The notes below the pieces were generated by a model. It made no database searches. It worked only from the letters and a program-made list of their open reading frames with translations, and was not told the DNA's origin. Made by a program: the position numbers and the translations under genes. A DNA stretch of 63,934 bases, filler included, from an uncultured Methanosarcinales archaeon (GTDB lineage Archaea; Nanobdellota; Nanobdellia; Woesearchaeales; CAZKBD01): NCBI GenBank assembly GCA_964550945.1. It is 13 parts of 13 records of this genome, joined end to end, with 100 filler letters (N's around TTAATTAATTAA, not from the genome) between each part and the next. Parts side by side here need not be neighbours in the genome. Positions count along the whole stretch, not along the records: positions 10,879 to 16,095 come from CAZKBD010000108.1; positions 16,196 to 21,412 come from CAZKBD010000109.1; 11 more parts are not named here. One strand, written 5' to 3'. Shown here piece after piece: positions 10,971 through 19,300 of the stretch. Numbering within the stretch: the first letter of the stretch is position 1; each line of letters opens with the position of its first letter.

Positions 10971-11402
10971 ATGGATATTTCTACTACTGCTCAATGTTTT
11001 ATTAAAACCTATATAGTAAATGGTAGACTCTATGCTCCTCGACAAGAATGCAAAAAATATCGCTGCGGTTATTGCAGGTACGACCTTAATTTGAAGTCAA
11101 GTGAATTTTCAAAAAACTTTAGTGGTTTCTTTTTTTCCCCAATACAAATAAAAAAATTTAGTTTAATCATCATACCTGATAACCCCCTTAACGTTTCAGA
11201 AAAAGATATGATTCCTTTTGATCCAATAGGCATAAGTACATTTAGCCCTTATGATTTATGTATGCTTGAAACAAACAATAATTTCGAACAATGTAAACGC
11301 CTTCCTATAGAATCAATTATTAATAAACCAATAACAGTTAGTATCTCTCCCATAAACAAATCGTTAGGTAATCTAAGTATAAGTATAACCCAAGTGATAT
11401 AG
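10971..11402 (+). CDS. Hypothetical Cys-containing protein
   Basis: 143-aa ORF with CxxxxCxxC and a TATA-like TTTATAT upstream; no family recognised. Confidence 0.45.
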   Translation: MDISTTAQCFIKTYIVNGRLYAPRQECKKYRCGYCRYDLNLKSSEFSKNFSGFFFSPIQIKKFSLIIIPDNPLNVSEKDMIPFDPIGISTFSPYDLCMLETNNNFEQCKRLPIESIINKPITVSISPINKSLGNLSISITQVI

Positions 11403-11614
11403 TTTAGTGAAATAATCAAAAATTGTCACCTTATTAACCTATTTCTTTATTGCACTTCGTGCTTTAAGACGCTGACTTGAGAACGTATCGGTTGGAGAAA
11501 AACTCCGCTCACCATCAAAGGTTCGCTACGTATAACAGCCTTTAGGACATAAGCTAATTGCAATTGATTATCTTGGCCAAAAGTTATTTATACCTTAAAG
11601 GACATATTCACTTT

Positions 11615-12061
11615 ATGTGCTTAAAAAAAGTTAAGTCGTTCCTCAGAACATATAGGGGAAGATTGAAGGATTTTTATTTAAGTGTCATTGCAGGCTTATT
11701 TTCAGGATTATGTATGGGGATTTTTTTTAGTCTAACAATAGATATATCATTTAATAGGTGGATAGATCCAACAAAGTTAGGAGAATTTTTCGCAACAGTT
11801 GTAGATGTTCTGTTGATATTGTTTCTTCTTTTGACTTTTTATGTTGTTGGACAATTGATAGTAAAATTCTTACTTAGAGATAAAAAGAGGCATCTTAGTT
11901 TTCACCTAAATTTTATCGCAGGCATATACAGTTCTACAATGACATTTTTATTAGTACTTTATTACGATGCACCAATGATGCGCAATACTATTACAAGTAT
12001 TGGTGTTGTTCTATTTTTTGTACTTGCTTATTTTACTGTAAAAAGAAAGTGGCCAAAATAA
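11615..12061 (+). CDS. Hypothetical 4-TM membrane protein
   Basis: Four hydrophobic segments; ATG 11615 lies about 23 nt after TATTTATA. Confidence 0.7.
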   Translation: MCLKKVKSFLRTYRGRLKDFYLSVIAGLFSGLCMGIFFSLTIDISFNRWIDPTKLGEFFATVVDVLLILFLLLTFYVVGQLIVKFLLRDKKRHLSFHLNFIAGIYSSTMTFLLVLYYDAPMMRNTITSIGVVLFFVLAYFTVKRKWPK

Positions 12062-12119
12062 TCAACTTCTCCTTCGCTAAAGCTCAGTTGCCCACACTGC
12101 GCTCTCATTCTTGCTCATC

Positions 12120-12728
12120 CTACACTTCACTAAAAAATTTTACAGCAAACTCACAAAACTGAATGATTGTTTCTTTGTCCAAATCAAATTCTTTCCTATT
12201 TCCAAGATAGTTCATTGATTTTGACGTCACTTTCTTTCCTTCTTTTAATTCTTTATACGTGATGCATTTAATATGATTTTTTGAGACAACAATAAAATAT
12301 GCGTTTTCATAAGGGTAATTAATCAATGATCTATCATTAATGTCAAATTCTCCGCTTTTTCTAAATTTAACCTCTATAAAATACACGTCCTTTCGTATAG
12401 GATGTTGAACTACAAAATCTGGCATTCTTCTTATCGTATCTGCAACCTCACTTTTAACATCTTGAAGAAGTTTTGTAATTGCAGGGACTGTATTTTCCAT
12501 TCCATATCTGAAAACATTATATCCTAAAGATAAAAATAATTCTTCAATTAATGTTTCAGCAATTCTGCCTTTTATCATACCTTCCTTATATCTATTTTCC
12601 TTTTTTGTTAATCCTTCATTAGAATTATTTTGATGCGGTCTACATAAGGGTTTACCAAAATTTTTTAAAGAAAAATCATGCTCAGCTGAAGTAATCTCCT
12701 TCTTACATATTGTACAGTAATAGTCCAT
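12120..12728 (-). CDS. Zn-finger + PD-(D/E)XK (Hjc/restriction-fold) nuclease
   Basis: N-terminal CxxC...CxxH; KGRIAE...MPDFVV...FIEVKFR catalytic pattern. Confidence 0.75.
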   Translation of the reverse strand: MDYYCTICKKEITSAEHDFSLKNFGKPLCRPHQNNSNEGLTKKENRYKEGMIKGRIAETLIEELFLSLGYNVFRYGMENTVPAITKLLQDVKSEVADTIRRMPDFVVQHPIRKDVYFIEVKFRKSGEFDINDRSLINYPYENAYFIVVSKNHIKCITYKELKEGKKVTSKSMNYLGNRKEFDLDKETIIQFCEFAVKFFSEV

Positions 12729-12897
12729 ATTACCACCCCAGTAAACAATATATCTTAAAAGTTATTTAAATTATACTATTTTGCGTGTGCCCTTACGAAA
12801 TTGAGATCAACCCTAATTATGAGAAACATGTGCTTTTTCTTTTGATAGAGAAACAGCTGATATTTGTGTTGGAGCTACTCTTGCACGTAATGCAGCA

Positions 12898-13212
12898 TCA
12901 ATTCCCAAGTTCCAGCAAAATATGCTTCTTATCAGGCACAGAAATATAAAGCTCCTCACCCTTTTTAAGATTAAGGCTTCTCACAACATGGCTGTTAAAA
13001 TAGATGCCTAACCGCTCTTGAGATAATTTGACTATTTTCTGTTTTATCTTCAATGGGGTTTCTCTCAGTTCTTGGACCACTTTTTGAGAAGATAGCGGTT
13101 CAAATTCAAAATAGTCACATGTTGGGCACTGATAACTAACCGCTTTACTTGTAGCCCCATGTACTTTAACCTCTACCTTTTTTAAATTTGAATTACATCT
13201 CGGGCAGTTCAT
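12898..13212 (-). CDS. Putative antitoxin: Zn ribbon + AbrB/SpoVT-like domain
   Basis: CPRC...CPTC, then KIVKLSQERLGIYFNSHVVRSLNLKKGEELYISV (AbrB-like); 2 bp downstream of a small toxin-like ORF. Confidence 0.65.
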   Translation of the reverse strand: MNCPRCNSNLKKVEVKVHGATSKAVSYQCPTCDYFEFEPLSSQKVVQELRETPLKIKQKIVKLSQERLGIYFNSHVVRSLNLKKGEELYISVPDKKHILLELGN

Positions 13213-13214
13213 TT

Positions 13215-13430
13215 TTAATCACCTTGCTTCTTTGCATTAATCACGTACAAAATATGGTTTTTGATCTCAAACAAGATGTAATAGCCATTTTTTTCAATCT
13301 CAAATTTATCGTCTTTCTTTCGTGGATTTTTAGTACTGAATATGATTTCTACAACCTTATCCCAAGGAACATCTTCTTCATGTTCTTCAAGATAATGTTC
13401 GGTCGGTTCTATTTCGGTAAAATAAACCAT
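13215..13430 (-). CDS. Putative small RelE/BrnT-like toxin
   Basis: 71 aa; TEHY...VPWDKVVEII...YYILF...YVINAK pattern; paired with a DNA-binding partner gene. Confidence 0.55.
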   Translation of the reverse strand: MVYFTEIEPTEHYLEEHEEDVPWDKVVEIIFSTKNPRKKDDKFEIEKNGYYILFEIKNHILYVINAKKQGD

Positions 13431-13441
13431 TATATATCTCC

Positions 13442-13476
13442 TACTACATTAGTGTAGTATAAACTACTATATAAAA
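13442..13476 (-). promoter_or_regulatory. TA promoter with palindromic operator
   Basis: Perfect TACTACA-TTAG-TGTAGTA at 13442-13459, between the start codon and a minus-strand TTTATATA box. Confidence 0.6.
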
Positions 13477-13600
13477 CTTTCGTAAAACTCATTTACCCGA
13501 TTAGGTTTAAGCCCCACAATACAGACACCCGTAAGATATAGTCGGCTATACAGAATTGATTAAAAGTAAGGATGTTAAGTCCGTAATGAATCTCCCAAAT

Positions 13601-14503
13601 TCAGCCCAGCATAACAACCAAAAAGAATACTAAATAGATTAAAGGCACTGCGATAAATATTGAATACTCTGTCCTTCTATGTACTTTCTCAGCAAGCTCT
13701 GTCTTTTTTAGCTCCACTAATTCCAGAAGTATCACATCAATGATAACTGCAGCAAGAATGACAAAATAAGTGAGAATCATGAATTTATCTGCAATAGTCA
13801 AATAACCAACAGGAGGGATTTGGTTTGAGATTGAGATATGGAACATTACTGCTGCAATAAGGCCTGAAGTTGCCACAGTAAGCCTAGTAGTTATCTTATC
13901 TGGGTCCATTACAAAGCTGAACATCAAGATGAGTATGATAAATATAACCGGCAGGAAGGTTTTCATAAAGGAATTGATTGGTATCCTTGATATATCAACT
14001 GTAAATATATATTGAGAGTATACCTCATCATAGATTTTATAGTTATGTTCTAGGGTTTTTGCTTCCCAACCATCAATATTCCATCCTGCAAAGGCTATTG
14101 AGTCATCAATCCCGCTTTCAGATTCTAGAGGTATGTAAGCAAGCTCATCAACTACCTTTTCTTTATCCTCTATGATGATTTGCATCTTTTGTTTGTCAAA
14201 AGGAAAATTTTTTAAGTCAACTGGGCTGTTGAGGTTTGCCTGAATCCTATAAAATTTCTCAGTTGGAGTGTTGGTTATTTTATCCACGCTTGCAGCCCTG
14301 CCATTCATAAACTCGAAATTTTCAGCCGAGCAATTGCTATTGCATTTCATTGATAAATAAAAATCAGCTGTAAAAGAGCCTGTTGCAACATCAAACTTTC
14401 CAAGATTTAGGATATACAACCCTACTTCAACATCTTCCGGCTTAGCATTTGCTGGAAATGCCAATATCAAAGCAATAATAAGGAGCATTAATATTTTCTT
14501 CAT
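13601..14503 (-). CDS. Prokaryotic pentameric ligand-gated ion channel (GLIC/ELIC-like)
   Basis: Signal peptide, VEVGLYI...FTADFYL, LKNFPFDKQ Pro-loop, GW, YS...ISR, M1 FLP, M2 RLTVATSGLIAAVMFHI, M2-M3 PPVGYLT, four TM helices. Confidence 0.9.
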   Translation of the reverse strand: MKKILMLLIIALILAFPANAKPEDVEVGLYILNLGKFDVATGSFTADFYLSMKCNSNCSAENFEFMNGRAASVDKITNTPTEKFYRIQANLNSPVDLKNFPFDKQKMQIIIEDKEKVVDELAYIPLESESGIDDSIAFAGWNIDGWEAKTLEHNYKIYDEVYSQYIFTVDISRIPINSFMKTFLPVIFIILILMFSFVMDPDKITTRLTVATSGLIAAVMFHISISNQIPPVGYLTIADKFMILTYFVILAAVIIDVILLELVELKKTELAEKVHRRTEYSIFIAVPLIYLVFFLVVMLG

Positions 14504-14603
14504 ATTTCTAGCAAAAATTAGGCCATATATTTAAAATTTACTTTTTGGAGGCCCAGTAGCCCAGTAGAAATCCTAGGCGCCTGTGCCCCTGTTGATTTAC
14601 CTC

Positions 14604-14876
14604 CTAATAAGACCTGATAATTATCAAAACAGTCAATAAGCCAATCATAAAAGTCAATAGATGGGAAAAAACCAGCTCAAACAAAGGAACAAAAAAATTA
14701 AAAGCAATTAATGACAAAGCTACAAACAATAAAATACCAATGCCCATTGAGGAGCAGTAGATACCTGCTACTTCTGCAGACGGTTTCTTAATCTTGTAAT
14801 TTTTAAAGGAGTAATGATAGGCAACTGTAAAGCAAACCAATCCAATCACATCGATAAATGCCAGCAGTGTGTCCAT
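14604..14876 (-). CDS. Small 3-TM membrane protein
   Basis: 90 aa from ATG 14876, 1 nt after the upstream stop; hydrophobic. Confidence 0.6.
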   Translation of the reverse strand: MDTLLAFIDVIGLVCFTVAYHYSFKNYKIKKPSAEVAGIYCSSMGIGILLFVALSLIAFNFFVPLFELVFSHLLTFMIGLLTVLIIIRSY

Positions 14877-14877
14877 T

Positions 14878-15129
14878 TTAACTAAGCGGCTTATTTTTAA
14901 ACGCGTCAATTGCAAAAAAAGACGCTGATAATGCTAAAAAACCATGTTGTATCACGATTAAAGCGTAAGTCTGCCCTATAAACCCAAAAAGCACGCTGAA
15001 AAACATAAATAACAGCGCCAAAAGTATAGACCTTATATCATAATACTTGTAAAACCCTTTTTTCAAAAAATATAATATCAGAGTAATTAATAATATCAAG
15101 GGTATCATAAGATTGTTGTTTATTATCAT
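14878..15129 (-). CDS. Small 3-TM membrane protein
   Basis: 83 aa, ATGA overlap with the upstream RHH-fusion gene; hydrophobic. Confidence 0.6.
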   Translation of the reverse strand: MIINNNLMIPLILLITLILYFLKKGFYKYYDIRSILLALLFMFFSVLFGFIGQTYALIVIQHGFLALSASFFAIDAFKNKPLS

Positions 15130-15884
15130 TTTTCACCAATATGAAAATACTCGCCATGGGTAAAATAGCCAACAAGCTGTTTTATCCTAGCTATCCTTGG
15201 CAATAAATCCCTTTCAATGGATATAGTGTCCTTGCTGAACAGCTCAAAGACTTCTGGCTTGAAGATATAGATTCCTGCATTGACTATATGCGTCTCTGAT
15301 TTTTTTGGCTTTTCCTGAAAATCAACAACTAAATCACCATCTAAAACCGCGGCCCCATACTCAGAAGGCTTGGCCCTAGACATTAAGCCGATAGCTGCCA
15401 ATTTATCTGAATCAATGTGCTTTTTGACCATATTATCCAATTCAAAATCATTATAGGTATCGCCGCTCATAACCACAAAACTAGCTTTCAATAGATCCCT
15501 GATAGAAAACAGGGCTTTTGCATTACCGCTAACCTCTTTTTCAATAACCTTGACCTCAATTTTTGCGTCTGAAATCTCATTAAGCAACAGATGGATATTC
15601 CCTGTGTGATGGGTAACAATATATGCCTTGCTTATGCCATTATTCTGAAAAAGAGCTATCTGCTGGTTTAGCAAAGAACGGCCTTTAATTTTTTTAAGAG
15701 ATAATAATTGGTGCTCCCCTTTTATCAACAAAACAGCTATATTAATGCTTGCCTCTTTCAGCCCTTTCTTAAGATAAAACTCAATTGCCTGGCTTCTCGA
15801 CCTTATAACAGAGCCATCAACCTTGCTGTCCACAAGGCTAAGCAGGGATTGATCGAGAGAAATAGCTATTTTTGGCTTTTTCAT
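15126..15884 (-). CDS. Ribbon-helix-helix (CopG/NikR-like) domain fused to a degenerate sugar-phosphate nucleotidyltransferase domain
   Basis: KIAISLDQSLLSLVD...RSRSQAIEFYL (RHH). VMSGD, YG, FQEKP, VNAGIYIF and SIERD (NTP_transferase) are present, but the GGxGTRL...PK loop is replaced by IKGEHQLLSL. Confidence 0.85.
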   Translation of the reverse strand: MKKPKIAISLDQSLLSLVDSKVDGSVIRSRSQAIEFYLKKGLKEASINIAVLLIKGEHQLLSLKKIKGRSLLNQQIALFQNNGISKAYIVTHHTGNIHLLLNEISDAKIEVKVIEKEVSGNAKALFSIRDLLKASFVVMSGDTYNDFELDNMVKKHIDSDKLAAIGLMSRAKPSEYGAAVLDGDLVVDFQEKPKKSETHIVNAGIYIFKPEVFELFSKDTISIERDLLPRIARIKQLVGYFTHGEYFHIGEK

Positions 15885-15890
15885 GATAAG

Positions 15891-15909
15891 AGTATGAAAT
15901 TGTCATACT
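15891..15909. promoter_or_regulatory. Operator 1: AGTATGA-AATTG-TCATACT
   Basis: Perfect 7-bp inverted repeat between the RHH gene's TTTATAAA box and its ATG. Confidence 0.75.
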
Positions 15910-15986
15910 TTATAAAGTTTTCTATACATGTTTAGGTGATATAACAGAAAACCAAAAGATTTATATATTGCCTGTTTTTACCTATG

Positions 15987-16003
15987 GTATGAATAGTTCA
16001 TAC
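15987..16003. promoter_or_regulatory. Operator 2: GTATGAA-TAG-TTCATAC
   Basis: Perfect inverted repeat with the same GTATGA-N5-TCATAC geometry, between the TTTATATA box (about 15960) and the GGTGA SD of the divergent gene. Confidence 0.75.
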
Positions 16004-16016
16004 TAAAGGTGAGCAA

Positions 16017-16095
16017 ATGATAAAAGAGATTATCCAGGAAAGCATTGATGTAAAAGAAAAGGTTAAAGAGCTTGATCTAGAAATAGAAAAAGCAG
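16017..16095 (+). CDS. 5' fragment of a probable second phosphoheptose isomerase (SIS) gene
   Basis: MIKEIIQESIDVKEKVKELDLEIEKA matches the typical GmhA N-terminal helix; AAGGTGA SD; cut by the linker; absent from the ORF track. Confidence 0.55.
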
Positions 16096-16195
16096 NNNNN
16101 NNNNNNNNNNNNNNNNNNNNNNNNNNNNNNNNNNNNNNNTTAATTAATTAANNNNNNNNNNNNNNNNNNNNNNNNNNNNNNNNNNNNNNNNNNNN

Positions 16196-16285
16196 ATTGC
16201 CTACTTCTACCAGTGGCTTAGGGATTTCTTCAGTATATTCACTTAATCTTGTCCCCTTGCCCCCGCATAAGATTACAACTTGCAT
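16196..16285 (-). CDS. 5' fragment of a sugar-1-phosphate nucleotidyltransferase (RfbF-like)
   Basis: [30 protein letters not shown] has an intact signature loop; cut by the linker; absent from the ORF track. Confidence 0.8.
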
Positions 16286-16337
16286 GGTTTAAGGTTACTT
16301 TATGGTATTTAAAAACCTTTTTGAAAACATTTAAGAA

Positions 16338-19300
16338 TCAGCTTACTGCTATTGTCAAATTTCTAGAATCGCTTAAAGTCCCATTCTTTGCTGTCGCATT
16401 GACATTAAATACTCCTGTTGTGGTAAAGTTGTAATCCAGATAGACAAATAGTTTTTCATTTGGCTGCAATAAAGCATTATTTATTGCATTGATTACAGAG
16501 CTATCTTTTGTATCAAAAGTCCAATTTACATTTGTCAGGTTTGTTGATAGGGTATTTTCTATAACAATTTCAAAAATTCTTTTAGTTCCGCTTATATTTA
16601 ATACTGACACATTGCTTACTTCAATATCTGGAACATCTATTGCAATAGTTTCTGAATCTGTATGAGTCTTATTTGTTGCTGATGCAGTTATAGTATATTC
16701 CCCAGTTGTTGTGTAATTGTAGCCAGCAAATATAAACATGCTTTCATTTGGCTGCAAGCTGAATAAGTTAGTAGCTGTAATCGTTTCCTGTCCAGTATTC
16801 AGGCTCCAGTTAATTCCTAACATTAAGCTGTTTCCTGTGTTGTTTATATTAAATCCAAATATGGTTACTGTTGAATTTTGATTCAAAACTGAGAAGTCAT
16901 ATACATCAATATCTGACTGGTTTATAACAGAAACATTCCACTGCATGCCTATAGCTACAGTTCCATCTGAAACATTTAATGTAACATTATGGGTACCAAT
17001 TTCATTGCTTATTGGAGTGTATTTCCATCCTTGCTCTGTGCTTTTTTCTGTTGAATCGAGCTTCCAGCTATAAGCTAATGTATCTCCATCTACATCGCTT
17101 GATGTATGGTTAAATGTTAAGCTATTGCCAAGGACTATTGTTGGGGTTAATTCTGTAGGTGTAAATGTATCAATTGTTGGAGGATCATTTACTGGTGTCA
17201 CATTTAATGTTACATTATTGCTTGGTATTGTTAAATTTCCTATGTCTATGGCTGTAAATATTGTATTCCTAACACCAGTAAAGTTTCCATCAGGAGTTAA
17301 TGTTACAATTCCGGTATCATTGTTTATTGAAATGGTTATATTATTCAATAAGGTATAATTGTATTTCAAAGAATCTCCATCAATATCGCTAAAGTATTGT
17401 GTTAAATCCAAAGAAATGTTTATTATATCCTCAGGCCATTTCCATTCTGGAATATCCCCTGTAAATGTAGGAGCATCATTTACTGATGTTACATTAAGAG
17501 TTAGGTTATTGCCGCTTACAGTTAATCCTGTATTGTCTATTGCTGTAAATATAGCATAGGCTATTCCTGACCAGTTTGCATTTGGCGTTATGTTGACTTT
17601 TCCTGTTATGTTTTCAATATAAATGCTCACGTTTTCTGTGTTTGAAGCTGTAAAGTTTAAATTAGCATTATCAATATCATAGAAATGCCTTGTCAGGTTA
17701 ATGGTGCTGTTTATAGTGTCTTCCGGCCATTTTAAGCTTGGGACAGGGTTGCTTGAATTAAAGCTTGGCGCATCATTTATTGGGTTTACTGTGACTAAAA
17801 TAGTGTCATTATCTGTTAAGCCTGAAGTGTCATTTACTGTAAATTTAATATTTTCACTTCCTGAGAAATTTCCAATAGCGGTAAAGTTTACTAAATGTGT
17901 TGTTTCATCAATATTAACAACAATATTTGTATTTCCTGAATAAGTCCATGTTAAATCCACATCATCATCTTCTGCATCGATTACGTACTCATCCAAATCC
18001 AAGCTGTCGTTGTAGGCATCTTCATTAAAGATTATATCTGGAATTGCAGTTATTGCTGGCTGGCTGTTTGTAGTTACAGAAGCTGTTTTTGTGTCTGAAT
18101 AAGTTGGATTAGATACGGTAAAAGAAGGATTATAAGTGCCTCCAGAACTGTATTGGTTTTGTACATAGATAAATATTGTTTCATTTGCCTCCAAATCAAA
18201 TAAGTCACTTGCGTTTATTATTTCACCATCATCAGTTGTTAATGACCAGTTTATATTGGTTATATTGTCATTTTCAAGATTATTCTGGACAATAGCTTCA
18301 AAAACAACATTCAATCCGTTTACATCCAAATCGTCAAAAGAGGTTATTAATAAGTCGCCAATTTCAACATTAAGAGTTCCCAGAGCTGAAACACTGCCAT
18401 TTGTAGCATTAACCATTACCACATAGCTTCCATCACCAGAATAGTTATATTCTGCAAAAATAAAAACATCTTCATTAGAATCCAAACTAATGTTTTGTGT
18501 ACTATTAATAATGTAAGAATCTCCTGTGTCTAACTGCCAAGATATATTATTAATACCAATGTTGCCATTATTCTCTATATCAAACTCAAAAACACGTAGT
18601 GTGTTATTGGAATAAATTGATTGTAAAGAGCTTATGCTCATGTTTGCTATAACTTCAGTAATGTTAATTTTGGTTGTATAATTAGTATTTCCCCAATCAG
18701 ACTGCGAGGCATTATCATAAGCTAAACAATTCCAAATAAAAAAAGTAGCATCTGGAATATTATTTATTGTAAAGGTTTCATAATCTGCTGTACCTGTTAA
18801 AGTTTTTGTTTCTTCAGCTTGCCATGTTCCGCTTATGTTGTGGTATAAAGTTATATTATCTAAATCATTATCATCGGTTGCTGAGCAGTTGAAAAGAATG
18901 TTGCCTGTTGTTGAGATGTTGTTGTTTGAGGGGCTTACTAAGGTTACTGTTGGGGGAGCATCACATAAATTATTATCACAACTACCTATTGTTGTTCCAT
19001 TACAATCAGATTGTGCTTCTACACAATCACAGCTAACTCCTGAACTGCCATCTTGTAGATTTGAAGGGCAATAATCTGATGCTGTTTTACAATTGCCATT
19101 TCCATTACAAGCACCANNNNNNNNNNTCTACTTCATCTTCTCTATAATAACAAGTTAAACTACTCCAACCGTAATAATATGATGGTGAGGCACCATCATC
19201 ACATTCTACTGCTCCACATTGACTAAAATAATCATTATCTGTTGCTTGATTTGCACAATTACCAGAGCCATCACATTCTTTACAAGTTGCTGTGCATTGG

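Noticed and set aside
14546..14592. GC-rich GGCCCAGTAGCCCAGTAG segment resembling a tRNA 5' end
   Set aside because: No T-arm (GTTCRA), anticodon arm or matching acceptor stem; it cannot fold as a cloverleaf.
14604..15129. Frameshifted single membrane gene
   Set aside because: The second ORF has its own ATG 1 nt after the first stop, which fits two coupled genes at least as well.
19117..19126. Apparent frameshifts in the subtilase gene and in Rpp30 (40262-40271)
   Set aside because: Both coincide with 10-N placeholder gaps of unknown true length; not evidence of pseudogenes or programmed frameshifting.
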